Assembly: GCA_950097015.1 (NCBI GenBank)
Contig: CATNEN010000025.1
Coordinates: 5,890,001-5,954,000, forward strand
Reading direction: 5' to 3'
Source: Macrostomum hystrix
Lineage: Eukaryota > Animalia > Platyhelminthes
Length of the DNA: 64,000 nt
Shown: positions 50,501 to 63,700 of the stretch, one piece after another
How the letters are laid out: each line of letters begins with the position of its first letter
How positions within the stretch are numbered: the stretch's first letter is position 1
Position numbers and translations under genes: made by a program
Notes under the pieces: generated by a model
What the model saw: only the letters and a program-made list of their open reading frames with translations
What the model was told of the DNA's origin: nothing
Databases searched by the model: none

Positions 50501-50797
50501 TCGTGATCGTGCAATGAATATCATACAATATTTAAGGTCCGAATGATGCGATTAAACCTACGAGTATTTTTCATAGAGCCGCACGCTTACCTGACTGCCA
50601 CCGCCGCCGCCACCGCCGCCGCCGCTGTCGCTGCCGCCGCAGCTACCTGGTGCCAGCATTGAAGCTGAGGCTACCGCAACCGCTGACGCAGCAGCAGCCG
50701 CCGCCGCAGAGGTTGTGCAAGAATCGGCGACGCCTCCTTCGCTGACCCCGGCTAGAGCAGTCGCATGAGAATGATACGCTAGCGGAGAGAATGCCAT
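47571..50797 (-). CDS. Irx: Iroquois (TALE) homeobox transcription factor, ~506 aa; exons complement(50591..50797, 49254..49693, 48471..48805, 47571..48109)
   Basis: [64 protein letters not shown], acidic tracts, IRO box [12 protein letters not shown] junctions in phase (0,2,1). The exact 3' end is less certain. Confidence 0.93.
48159..48459. repeat. 16-bp minisatellite in Irx intron 3
   Basis: Unit caatctgtcactccat, nearly perfect. Confidence 0.96.
48870..49230. repeat. Degenerate ~18-bp repeat in Irx intron 2
   Basis: Core cacccacctcaccccga. Confidence 0.85.
49770..50487. repeat. 17-bp minisatellite in Irx intron 1
   Basis: Unit aatggtagaactgggag. Confidence 0.95.
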
Positions 50798-50840
50798 CCT
50801 TTGTGAGATCTCTCAGTTCAGGTGACAATCAACTCAAGCC

Positions 50841-51000
50841 TTATATATATAATAAGAGAGTCAACGATGGACGGCGCGGGGGGCTAAAAGCTGACGGACT
50901 AAGGTATAGACATAGGCAACCGGGATGATGAGGTGGTTGCATGCGGCTGGCAGCTGATTGGCTGCAACAATCGATATCAAGCTCGGTCGCTCATTGGACG
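50841..51000 (-). promoter_or_regulatory. Candidate Irx core promoter (TATA + CCAAT)
   Basis: TATATATAA on the minus strand at 50841-50849, ~45 nt upstream of the ATG; ATTGG at ~50958 and ~50994. Confidence 0.4.
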
Positions 51001-51094
51001 GCAGAGAGGTAGCTTATTATTTGGGACTTGGGATTTTTGACTGCGAAATTAATTCTGAGGCGTTTCGCTTTTTCATTATAGACACTCATTCCCT

Positions 51095-53250
51095 GCATCT
51101 CTCATCTCTCCTACATCTCTCTCATGCATCTACCACTCTCTTTCCCTGCATCTTGGACTCTCTCCCTGCATCACCCCGTCTCTCCCTGCATCACCCCGTC
51201 TCTCCCTGCATCACCCAGTCTCTCCCTGCATCACCCCGTCTCTCCCTGCATCTAGGACTCTCCCCCAGTCTCTCCCTGCATCCCCAAGTCTCTCCCAGTC
51301 TCTCCCTGCATCACCCCGTCTCTCCCTGCATCTAGGACTCTCCCCCAGTCTCTCCCTGCATCCCCAAGTCTCTCCCAGTCTCTCCCTGCATCTCCCAGTC
51401 TCTCCCTGCATCTCCCAGCAGTCTCTCCCTGCATCTCCCAGTCTCACCCTGAATCTCCCAGTCTCTCCCTGCATCACCCCGTCTCTCCCTGCATCTAGGA
51501 CTCTCTCCCTGCATCTAGGACTCTCCCCCAGTCTCTCCCTGCATCCCCAAGTCTCTCCCAGTCTCTCCCTGCATCTCCCAGTCTCTCCCTGCATCTCCCA
51601 GCAGTCTCTCCCTGCATCTCCCAGTCTCTCTCTGCATCTCCCAGTCTCTCTCTGCATCTCCCAGTCTCACCCTGCATCTCCCAGTCTCTCTCTGCATCTC
51701 CCAGTCTCACCCTGCATTTCCCAGTCTCTCTCTGCATCTCCCAGTCTCTCTCTGCATCTCATAGTCTCACCCTGCATCTCCCAGTCTCTCTCTACATCTC
51801 CCAGTCTCACCCTGCATCTGCCAGTCTCTCCCTGTATCTCCCAGACTCTCCCTGCATCTCCCAGTCTCACCCAGTCTCTCTCTGCATCTCCCAGTCTCTC
51901 TCTGCATCTCCCAGTCTCACCGTGAATCTCCCAGTCTCTCCCTGAATCTCCCAGTCTCTCCCTGAATCTCCCAGTGTCTCCCTGCATCGCCCAGTGTCTC
52001 CCTGCATCTCCCAGTCTCAACCTGCATCGCCCAGTGTCTGCCTGCATCTCCCAGTCTCACCCAACATGTCCCGGTATCTCCCTGCATCTCCCAGAATCTC
52101 CTTGCATCTCCCAGTGTCTCCCTGCATCTCCCAGTCTCTCCCTGCATCTCCCAGTCTCTCTCTACATCTCCCAGTCTCACCCTGCATCTGCCAGTCTCTC
52201 CCTGTATCTCCCAGACTCTCCCTGCATCTCCCAGTCTCACCCAGTCTCACCCTGAATCTCCCAGTCTCTCTCTGCATCTCCCAGTCTCTCTCTGCATCTC
52301 CCAGTCTCACCGTGAATCTCCCAGTCTCTCCCTGAATCTCCCAGTCTCTCCCTGAATCTCCCAGTGTCTCCCTGCATCGCCCAGTGTCTCCCTGCATCTC
52401 CCAGTCTCAACCTGCATCGCCCAGTGTCTGCCTGCATCTCCCAGTCTCACCCAACATGTCCCGGTATCTCCCTGCATCTCCCAGAATCTCCTTGCATCTC
52501 CCAGTGTCTCCCTGCATCTCCCAGTCTCTCCCTGCATCTCCCAGTCTCACCGTGAATCTCCCAGTCTCTCCCTGCATCTCCCAGTGTCTCCCTGCATCTC
52601 CCAGTCTCACCCAACATGTCCCGGTATCTCCCTGCATCTCCCAGTTTCTCCTTGCATCTCCCAGGGTCTCCCTGCATCTCCCAGTCTCTCCCTGCATCTC
52701 CCAGGGTCTCCCTGCATCTCCCAGTCTCTCCCTGCATCTCCCAGTCTCACCGTGAATCTCCCAGTCTCTCCCTGCATCTCCCAGTCTCTCTCTGCATCTC
52801 CCAGTCTCAACCTGCATCGCCCAGTGTCTCTCTGCATCTCCCAGTCTCACCCTGAATTTCCCAGTGTCTCCCTGCATCGTCCAGTCTCACCCTGAATCTC
52901 CCAGTGTCTCCCTGCATCGTCCAGTGTCACCCTGAATCTCCCAGTCTCAACCTGCATCGCCCAGTGTCTCCCTGCATCGCCCAGTCTCACCCTGAATTTC
53001 CCAGTGTCTCCCTGCATCGTCCAGTCTCACCCTGAATCTCCCAGTGTCTCCCTGCATCGTCCAGTGTCTGCCTGCATCTCCCAGTCTCACCCAGCATCTC
53101 CCAGTATCTCTCTGCATCTCCCAGGTTCTCGCTGCATCTCCCAGTATCTCTCTACATGCCCCAGTATCTCCCTGCATCTCCCAGAATCTCTCTGCATCTC
53201 CCAGGCTCTCGCTGCATCTCCCAGGCTCTCGCTGCATCTCCCAGTATCTC
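51095..53250. repeat. Large 20-bp minisatellite upstream of Irx
   Basis: Unit ctgcatctcccagtctctcc over ~2.1 kb, with internal segmental duplications. Confidence 0.96.
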
Positions 53251-53924
53251 TCGGCATCTCAAATTTCGCATCTCGCTGCTGTATGGCTCCGAATCGTTGA
53301 TTAGTATATTCTTCCACTCTTCATTCTCAATTTTGCAACTCATAAATGTTAGTTTGAATTCCACTGCTTTAACTGGGTAATGCCTCACGCACATAATCTA
53401 TAAAAGCAAATCTGTGTTACCTTTGAGCACTAGCTATATGCCATAGACATTTAGCGATATGTCTAGCCGAGGTTATAGCCTTTTAATGATACATACTGAT
53501 TGACAAAGTGTGCGGGTTGAATTGTATGACCCACTGCAACCAAATTCTAAAGGTTGCATCACCGTTGATCATGAGCGAGTACATGCCAAACAGGGCATTA
53601 GGATAGGTCCCATAATATTATCAATCCGCCCATCTGAGAGTCTAAATTCAAAGTCAAAGTAAGCTTGACATCTCTATGCAACAGAGCGCCTTGCGGGTCA
53701 GTGTCTGGTTGCAGTTCTTTCAGTGTGTTGTTCCATCGAAAATCAGCTCACACAGGCGGAATGCGGTTTCTTTGCTTCTGTTACACTTGAAAACCTTTGG
53801 GAAATGTCTGCCTTCTTGCCTTTATAGCTGGCTAACTAGACATGAACCTGGGGATAAATAGAGCGTGAAGGGATTGCTTCCTGAAATATAGCTTTCCCTG
53901 CTACCCTATACTCAACCACCATAC

Positions 53925-54425
53925 TCCCACTCTTCCAACTCTCCCACTCTTCCCATTCATCCACAGTTCCCATTCTCCCATTCTTCCCATTCTCCCACTC
54001 TTCCAACTCTCCCACTCTTCCCATTCATCCACAGTTCCCATTCTCCCATTCTTCCCATTCTCCCACTCTTCCCATTCTCCCACTCTTCCCATTCTCCCAC
54101 TCTTCCAACTCTTCCCATTCTCCCACTCTTCCAACTCTTCCCATTCTCCCACTCTTCCAACTCTCCCAATCTTCCCATTCTCCCACTCTTCCCATTCTCC
54201 CACTCTTCCCATTCTCCCACTCTTCCCATTCTCTCACTCTTCCCATTCTCCCATTCTTCCCATTCTCCCACTCTTCCCCTTCTCCCATTCTTCCCATTCT
54301 CTAACTCTTCCCATTCTCCCACTATTCCCATTCTCCCACTCTTCCCACATTCCCACCCTTCCCACATGCCAACTCTTCCCATTCTCCCAGAATTCCCATT
54401 CTCCCACTCTTCCCATTCTTCCACT
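53925..54425. repeat. 17-bp pyrimidine-rich minisatellite
   Basis: Unit tcccactcttcccattc. Confidence 0.93.
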
Positions 54426-55571
54426 TCTCATATGCCGAAGTCTTCTCTCAACTTTCTTTGACGCTGTCCCTATTTCGCAACTTTCGCCATTTCTTTTCTT
54501 ATACCGTGTCTTATTACTTCCTTTTTTAAATTGAACTGACATTTTCTAAACAAAACAAGCCATTAAAAATGTCACTTGCACTGTCTCTTTGGTCAGTGAG
54601 GCTGCAAGGCTGTTGCTATGCCGTTGCCAACCGCATGCATATCTTATGGCAACATATTTTAATATCTATCGATAATTATAGAATCCCATCAGATTTTGCT
54701 CGCATCCTCTTAGCCTGCAATTCGATAGATCAAATATAGAGATCGGAGCAGAAGATAATCCTTATTTAGAGCAGGCAGGGGGTTGGTGACATTTATCACA
54801 ATTTCAATTGTACACAATTAAAATATTGAACTCAAACTAAACTAAAACTCATAGATTACTCATATATATGGTTAGTGTAGTTCAGAGTTTGCAACATCCT
54901 CATTTATTTCGCTATTAGTCATTTATTATTATTTCTGGATGAAATTAAACCCATTGTCGCTAGCGAGATAATTAACAAAAATGCACACGTCGCATGCGCA
55001 AAAAACAAGCCATATGAATAAGATATTTCCTAGACTGTTTTACAGTAAAAATAAACTGGACACTGCATTAAACAAGATTTTATGAACGGAAACACGGATG
55101 TTAGGGCGCTAATTAACCTGTCGGCTTAAAAGACTCGACCAACCCCTGGGGGGAATTCGCGAAAAAAAAACGGGGAATTCGAGATGGAGTCTGGATGACT
55201 GGACGCGAGATTGTCAGATTCAGGAAGTTAGAGGGAAATATTCTCTGCCCATGTCAGTCAGACTTATCGTTATCGTTTGAATTAAGCTCAAACTGAAAGG
55301 GTTTTAAGAAATTTAACGAGCTAGTAAGGTTAAACAAAAATACACATACTTCTCAGCACATTCTACTATGAGTAGAAATGTGAATAAAAATATTTTTTGT
55401 AATACACGACGATAAGCCACTACATCATTCAGCGTCTATGGCCAAACTCGATTGAGCTAGACAACTGTAGGAGAATAGAGAAGCTATTAATACTAAATTA
55501 TAAAACCGAGCTGTGATAATTTCAGTGGGCTGTTTATCGAGTGATGCTCTGAGCACACACCCTTAATAGTC

Positions 55572-57118
55572 ATGCTGTACCGAGACTACAGACTGCGCGA
55601 GACGTATCTCGCCCCAATCGACGACAAGACGTTGCAGATGATTGGAGACTCGCGCGTCCGCGCCTCCTGCGAACGCGCCGGCTGCCTGTTCTTTGTGCAG
55701 AATCGCATGTGCGTCAGGAAGATGAGAGGCCGCTGTATTCGCTATTGCATCTTCGAGGTGCGCGGAGAGACCAGAGCAGCGATCAACAGGTTTGATAGAC
55801 TAATGGAGACCTACTTTCCTGAGTACAAGCTGCGCAAACATTACGATCAGCCCAATATCAAGGCTCGACTTGCGTTTAACGAATGGACTCCGGATAACAC
55901 CAAGCTTTACTTCATGAGCCAGAGATTCGGCCTTGGGCGCGGAAACCTGTCGGAAATATCGCTGGAGGGTCCGTGCGGCGGCGTGCAGGACTTCGGACAT
56001 GGCCAGCAGGTGGAAGAGCAGATCAGTGAGCACACGGGGAGTGGGGTGGGTGCTTTGGGGACGGGGCTTGCAGGAGCACTGCATGGCAGAACTGTGAGCG
56101 CAGGGGGAGTGGGGTGGGTGCTTTGGGGACGGGGCTTGCAGGAGCACTGGCAGAACTGTGAGCGCAGTGGAGAGGGGTGGGTGCTTTGGGGACGGGGCTT
56201 GCAGGAGCACTGGCAGAACTGTGAGCGCAGGGGGAGTGGGGTGGGTGCTTTGGGGACGGGGCTTGCAGGAGCACTGGCAGAACTGTGAGCGCAGGGGGAG
56301 TGGGGTGGGTGCTTTGGGGACGGGGCTTGCAGGAGCACTGGCAGAACTGTGAGCGCAGGGGGAGTGGGGTGGGTGCTTTGGGGACGGGGCTTGCAGGAGC
56401 ACTGGCAGAACTGTGAGCGCAGGGGAGTGGGGTGGGTGCTTTGGAGACGGGGCTTGCAGGAGCACTGGCAGAACTGTGAGCGCAGGGGAGTGGGGTGGGT
56501 GCTTTGGGGACGGGGCTTGCAGGAGCACTGTATGGCAGAACTGTGAGCGCAGTGGAGTGGGGTGGGTGCTTTGGAGACGGGGCTTGCAGGAGCACTGGCA
56601 GAACTATGAGCGCAGGGGGAGTGGGGTGGGTGCTTTGGGGACGGGGCTTGCAGGAGCACTGGCAGAACTGTGAGCGCAGGGGAGTGGGGCGGGTGCTTTG
56701 GGGACAGGACCTGACACACCCCAGTATCTAATCCGCAGATCACCAAAGCGGCTTGCTGGAGATGGTCGAGGAAATACCGAGAAGCTTCTGGATGACCGGC
56801 GATCGCGAAAAGAAAGGCCTATACACTACTTCGTTCGGTAACTGCGTGAACTTCCAGCCTCTCCTGTTCCGTAGAGCCAGCAAGAACAAGACCTACAAGG
56901 GTCGCAAGGAATGTATAGAGACAACTAAACCGTTGGTGAATATGAATTACTTCAGAGATCCAGAGTATCTTGAAAGGCTTATTGATCCCATGCGAGAGGA
57001 CACGCAACGCCAGAGAGAGGCGATGCTAGAGGCTGAGAGGCACTCGAATAAGACTGTCATTCCCGGATCTAGAAACGAGGATGAGGCGCCTGATAGGCAG
57101 CAGGAGAAAAAGAAGTGA
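55572..57118 (+). CDS. Uncharacterised 277-aa protein; exons 55572..56025, 56739..57118
   Basis: Two non-repetitive ORF segments joined by a phase-1 intron (atca|gtgagc ... ctaatccgcag|at) that removes exactly the 64-bp array and restores one frame to the stop at 57118. No family recognised. Confidence 0.75.
56030..56705. repeat. 63-64-bp G-rich minisatellite filling the orphan-gene intron
   Basis: Unit gcagggggagtggggtgggtgctttggggacggggcttgcaggagcactggcagaactgtgagc, about 10-11 copies. Confidence 0.96.
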
Positions 57119-57374
57119 ACCGAACTGATTAATTTAACACTATAGTTAGACTATTTTTTGCAACGCTTGAAAATGAAGCTGTAGATTTTCGTTTACGAAA
57201 ATATTTATCGCCTGCAGTGATAACACGAAGTGCTGAGTTGCATGTTATAATTGCAAAGCTGAAGTGGCCATCGCATTTTTTATACTATGATATATTTTCT
57301 TTGTCTTCTTCATCACTTCTTCATTAATTAAGTGCTAAATCCTAGGAGTGCTCAAACCTAAAGCTCGAGCTTAA

Positions 57375-58430
57375 GGAGTGCTCAACCCGAAAGAGTGCTC
57401 AAAGCGAAAGAGTGCTCAACGCGAAAGAGTGCTCAACGCGAAAGAGTGCTCCACCCGAAAGAGTGCTCAACCCGAAAGAGTGCTCAAAGCGAAAGAGTGC
57501 TCAACCCGAAAGAGTGCTCAACCAGAAAGAGTGCTCAACCCGAAAGAGTGCTCAACCCGAAAGAGTTCTCAACGCGAAAGAGTGCTCAACGCGAAAGAGT
57601 GCTCAACCCGAAAGAGTGCTCAACCCGAAAGAGTGCTCAACCCGAAAGAGTGCTCAACCCGAAAGAGTGCTCAAAGCGAAAGAGTGCTCAACCCGAAAGA
57701 GTGCTCAACCAGAAAGAGTGCTCAACCCGAAAGAGTGCTCAACCCGAAAGAGTTCTCAACCCGAAAGAGTGCTCAACCCGAAAGAGTGCTCAACCCGAAA
57801 GAGTGCCTAACCCAAAAGAGTGCTCAAAGCGAAAGAGTGCTCAAAACGAAAGAGTGCTCAACGCGAAAGAGTGCCTAACCCAAAAGAGTGCTCAAAGCGA
57901 AAGAGTGCTCAACCCGAAAGAGTGCTCAACCCGAAAGAGTGCTCAACCCGAAAGAGTGCTCAACCAGAAAGAGTGCTCAAAGCGAAAGAGTGCTCAACGC
58001 GAAAGAGTGCTCAAAGCGAAAGAGTGCTCAACGCGAAAGAGTGCTCAACCCGAAAGAGTGCTCAACCCGAAAGAGTGCTCAATCCGAAAGAGTGCTCAAC
58101 CCGAAAGAGTGCTCAACCCGAAAGAGTGCTCAAAGCGAAAGAGTGCTCAAAGCGAAAGAGTGCTCAACCCGAAAGAGTGCTCAACCCGAAAGAGTGCTCA
58201 ACCCAAAAGAGTGCTCAACCCGAAGGAGTGCCTAACCCGAAAGAGTGCTCAACCAGAAAGAGTGCTCAACCCGAAAGAGTGCTCAACCCGAAAGAGTGCT
58301 CAACCAGAAAGAGTGCTCAACCCGAAAGAGTGCTCAATCCGAAAGAGTGCTCAACCCGAAAGAGTGCTCAACCCGAAAGAGTGCTCAACCCGAAAGAGTG
58401 CTCAACCCGAAAGAGTGCTCAACTATATAG
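57375..58430. repeat. 17-bp minisatellite
   Basis: Unit cgaaagagtgctcaacc; source of the ECSTRKSAQPERVLNPK ORFs. Confidence 0.97.
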
Positions 58431-59539
58431 AGTGCTCAATTCCTAGTATTTCCTCTCTAAAAATTGGACTTTGCAAAGTAGCAAAACAGGAAACAGACGC
58501 CAAAGTTGTTCACACTCTAAAAAAACCCTCTGCAAGTATCCATAGCAAGATTATATTATATCTCAAGGCGGCAAATATTGCAAAGGTGTAAAAATAGAAT
58601 CTAGTGGCAATAGCACGCACCGCTGAGCTGACCATTTTGTCCTTCTCAAAACTCGAGTGCAAATATGGCCAGACATATTAGATGCTACACAAACAGAGGT
58701 CCTTTGGTTTCAATTGCGAATCTAATGCACAATGTACTTTAAATAATGCACTTTCAATATCCAAAATTAGTACATTTAGCCTCGACCATATTTGGCTGCT
58801 ATATGGCTGCTAAGTTGACTGCTATAAACAGTCAGATTTTACAGTTCAGAATTGCGAGTTAGCTACAATTTACTGATCAAAGCAATTAGACAATTGATCA
58901 GACCAATATACACTTAGCAAATTTTGAGAATCGAAAAATATAGAATGGCTTTTTTCGAAGGCTTCTAACAACGTTGTTGAAACAAAATTTCGAACAACAA
59001 ATGATTGAAACTAACATTTAGAGCACAGCAGCAGCCACCCAGCTCAGGCTGAGAAGACTCTGCAACAATGTGAATTTGAGTAGCTCAGGCTGAGCAAGGT
59101 CAAAACTGTAGCCACGGAGCCTCAGGCGGCAGGTTGGGGGTTGCAACAGTGGCTGCCGATAAATTTAATTGCAAGCTGCGCTGTCCTATCTCTCCTATCT
59201 TCTGGAATTTTTGTTGCCAAGCGCTAGCTTTACTCTCAGCCTCGGGCAGCCTTTGTCCCATAGCAGTAGAAGCAACTTGGCTCTGAGTGTGTATGCAGCC
59301 ATGATGTTTCTTAATTCATTCTTTCCAGTTTTATTTCTAAAGCAAATGCTGCACTGTAAGCCGGGAGACTGTGAGCAGGCGGCGACTAAAACGCGGCTTT
59401 AAGAGTTAACTACGTGGAATCGAACCAAGGGTGCCACGAATGTCCTTTAGATAAGATGACGAGATCTCTATTAGCAAAATTTTATCCACTGTCCTAATTG
59501 CTTTTCTGTTAATTCTTGTTCTTTGCCTCGCTAGTAAAC

Positions 59540-60390
59540 TCATCTCATTCTCACCCTCATCTCATCTCATCTCACTCATAATCTCATCTCATCTCATTCT
59601 CATCCCTCATCTCATTCTCATCCCTCATCTCATTCTCATCCCTCATCTCATTCTCATCCTTCATCTCATTCTCATCCCTCATCTCATTCTCATCCCTCAT
59701 CTTATTCCCATCCCTCATCTTATTCTCATTCCTCATCTCATTCTCATCCTTCATCTCATTCTCATCCTTCATCTCATTCTCATCCCTCATCTCATTCTCA
59801 TCCCTCATCTTATTCCCATCCCTCATCTTATTCTCATCCTTCATCTCATTCTCATCTCATCTCATCTCATCTCATCTCATCTCATCCGTCATCTCATCTC
59901 ATCTCATTTCACCCATCATCTTATCTCATCTCATCTCATTTCTCATCTCATTCTCATCCCTCATCTCATCTCATCTCATCTCATTCATCATCTTATTCTC
60001 ATCCCTCATCTCATTCTCACCCTCATCTCATCTCATCTCACCCTTCATCTCATTCTCAACTCATCCCTCATCTCATCTCATCCCTCATCTCATCCCTCAT
60101 CTCATCTCATCTCATTCTCATCCCTCATCTCATCTCATCTCATCTCATCCCTCATCTCATTCTCATCCCTCAGCTTATTCTCATCCCTTATCTCATCTCA
60201 TCTCACCTCATCTATAATCTCATTCTCATCTCGAATCTTATCTCATTTCAGTCTCGTCGCTCATCTTATCTTATTTCATTACCATCCTAATCTTATCTCA
60301 TTTCATTACCATTCTAATATTTTCCTATTTCATTACCATCCTCATCTTATCTCATCTCATTCTCATCCCTCATCTCATGATCTCACCTCT
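59540..60390. repeat. (CTCAT)n-derived 5/18-bp repeat
   Basis: Units ctcat and ctcattctcatccctcat. Confidence 0.93.
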
Positions 60391-60789
60391 TAAATGTTTT
60401 TAAGATTAAATTAAAATATTCCTATAAGCAAGATCTGTAAGCGCCTGTCAGTGTTTCGTTGCAATAATTTTTCCTGCTAATGGTCGCACAGTCAAACTCG
60501 TTCGCTGGAAACATGTTGACAAGCAGAGACACAGACTATAAGTTAAGAAATGTTAAGAAAACAGCAAGAAAAGGAATGCCAAAATATTATTAGAATTGTC
60601 TAGCACGACGGCCGCCAATGAGAGAGAATTTCAAATGCGGAGAGAAATAGGACAGATGAATGGGGTCTTGTATTTATATATTGAGGGCCCGACGTTTATA
60701 ATTTAAGAAATTTAATTACGAACTGAAGACTAAGAAGCACTATAGAAAATTGTTTATTTAATATAACATATTGTTTTGTATCAGAAAAC

Positions 60790-63700
60790 ATGGCCACATT
60801 GACATGTTTACTAGTGTACCTGCTGGCTGGTATATGCTTGCCGTCTGGTGTCACAGCTCAGGCTGAGCAGTTTCTCACAGCCATCTGGAGCAACAGACTC
60901 ATGCTGGCTGACAATCAAAGCATGACTGGCCTGCGTAAGTGCAACTTTGATGCGATTAATTACACTAGAATTGACTAGATATCGATCGGTTTCAGACGGG
61001 AAATAGCTTTCAAATTTGATTGGTTTAGATGGGAATCGCTTACATATCGATCGGTTTTTAAATAATAATTCTAAACTATCAATCGGTTTTAAAAAGAATC
61101 CGGAGATGGTTTTATTCAGGGAATTCCATTTCATTTCGATCGGTTTCAGACAGGAATTCCTTAAATATCGATCGGTTTGAAATGGGAATTCCTTAGATAT
61201 TCGGTTTAACATAGGAATTCCTTACATATCGATCGGTTTTAGCTGGAATTCCTTAGATATCGATTGATTTGAGTCGGTTGGGACCTTTGATTTGCTTTAG
61301 TTCGAGGAAATCCATTGATCTGTGCATTTTTTTTGTTTCCACTGATCAGTAACACGGGAACCCAACGAACGAAGTTAAAGAATAATTAAGGAAATTGAGC
61401 ATAAAGCTTTTAAAACTTCTGAATTTAAACTCAGACAAGCTTTTGTTAGCATGTGTTAGTCTTTCGAGCGGTGACTCAATAAAAAAATGAAGAAGCTGCC
61501 TCAAGTGTCCCACTATTCTCATCAATAGTGACTACTGTTTTGCAGTTTAGACGCAGGAAACTTAACTATTTTTTTACGAGCCGTAATTTGACAAACAGCA
61601 TTGCACCTTGCTGCTAGTGACAAAAGTTAACAAAATTAAAGCTACTAAATATAGCACCACACGAAGGCACGTCGTGTGGTTCATGTGCTGTGTGTAAATA
61701 ACAAAATTAGAAAAAATACATATATAAATTTTTTTTTTAACCGCGCATAGAGTTCGAGTCGCTGCTGACGGATCTGAGAATCGGCGGCCACTTCAATGCC
61801 ACCACCGGGTGCGGAACTGCCGCGTCGGCGAAGATGTCCAGCGAAAGCAGTGCCAACAGCTCGATTCCCAACTCTGTGAGATAATATCTGTGGCACTAAA
61901 AGAAGCAAGAAATCAAAAACTTTTTGCTTGTTTAGGCAAGCTAAAAGTACAATTACCAGTAGGACTGCCAAGCCATTTTGCCACCCGTTTTTATACTAAA
62001 GGGGGGAATTTTTTGGCAGCGCCCGAACGCTAACAGCGTTCAGTGGCTAACAGTGGCTCAATATTTAGGCTTGAGCAGTGAAATTGGAGAAATTCGCGTC
62101 AGGGTGGCAATATAGTGGCCTAGTTACACCTGTTGTAGCCCTTGAAGGTCCAGCAGTCCGTCTAGATAAAGGTCGGTGACCGCCGAAGACGGAGATGATG
62201 CAGGCACATTCGGGTGACATGCTGATCAATTTTGAAGGCATGGAGAGGTCACACTGATGCGCAGTGCTAATTGGTGCATAGTAAAAATCCAACCTTCGGC
62301 CAGAACCATTGAATATCTCGACGGTCTGAAGAGCTGGCGACTAATTGATTCTTGTTTCAGAAGATGCGCAACAAAAAGTTGCCCGTTTTCTTGAGTTTCG
62401 TGTGCTTGTGTTGCTCCGTTCGGGTGCAGTATAAAAAACTGTCTGGGGGAAACGCGCTTGGTAGTTATACTGTTAAACAAAATTAAAAAAAAAATTTAAT
62501 TTTTAATGCATTTTTTCTTTTATCAACTGTTTTAAATTATTTGTAATGAAAACTTTCACTATAAAAACTGTTTTATGCCTGCAAAAATTAGAATAGTATG
62601 TTTTAAAAAAAGAAGTTTAATTGAAAAACATTAATTTAAATAAATTACAATAATTTCTGTCATTTAATATAAAAAAAAAAGGTAATAAATTTAAGAATAG
62701 ATAATTATATTCAATTTATATACTTTTAGCAATTTTTTACAGTTTTCTATAAATATCAAAATTATAAAGCAAGTTCAATTAGGCCTTTAAAATCTTGACA
62801 AACGAATTTTAAAGAGAAAAATTTATCCTGCTTTTTTCGACGCACCATGAACACTTAAAAGATCAATTAATATAACTTAACAAAAATCTAGTACATGGTA
62901 TTGTCGATAATTTATTTAACTAAATTAAACTTTAGATCACACACGATCGTTTAATAAAACAACGAAATAACAATAGATACATTTTTCGAAGTATTTCGAA
63001 AAATACTTATTTTTAATATATATTAATACTTCTATTATTAAAAAAACTTATTTCTATTGATTTTTATCGAAATCGATAAAGATAAACTAGTGAAATATTT
63101 AGTAAAATTTATCAACTAACTTCGCAACGCAACGCACTGCAGTGCCTCACGGGAGTCGAACTGGCGACCGCACACAAGCTGAACTTAAGCGCCGGCCTGA
63201 GCCGCGGGGAATTCGGCAGTCTAGCCGTGGCGCTGCTGCAGCAGCAGCTAGCCGGTCGATGCATTCTCGCCGCCACCGCCGGAACTGACGAATCCAACGC
63301 GACGAAAACTACACGGGATATTAAATGGGGTTGGGAAGACTTCCTGACATATCTTTGAGTTTGGATTCCCCGATAATTTATCGTGTATCTCGATAGACTG
63401 GTCCCTCACTCAAATCCCGCAGCCTACATATACGGCACAGTCTCCGTGACCATCATCTCGCTTCTATCCTGCATCGGCTGCATTCTGGTGACCTGCAATC
63501 GCGCCGCCTGCTACCCCAACCTGATGCTGTTCCTCGTTGAACTCGCCGTCGGCTCCCTGGTTGGCGAGTCTCTGCTGCACCTGCTGCCAACAGTCGTCGA
63601 GAACGGCCACGAAGAAGGCCACGGCGGAGGCGGCGGGGTGCCGGCCAACTTCCTCAAACTGGTGGCCGCCGCTGCCACCATCTGCATCCTGCATGCTGTG

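Noticed and set aside
28023-56738. Strand bias of intronic minisatellites relative to transcription
   Set aside because: Sense strands include both G-rich and C/T-rich arrays; no consistent asymmetry.
59400-59475. tRNA-like B-box (GGTTCGATTCC) on the minus strand
   Set aside because: No A-box or cloverleaf; too weak for a tRNA or SINE call.
62040-62480. Possible DNA-transposon fragment in ZIP intron 2
   Set aside because: Short interrupted ORFs with no catalytic motif, TIR or TSD identified.
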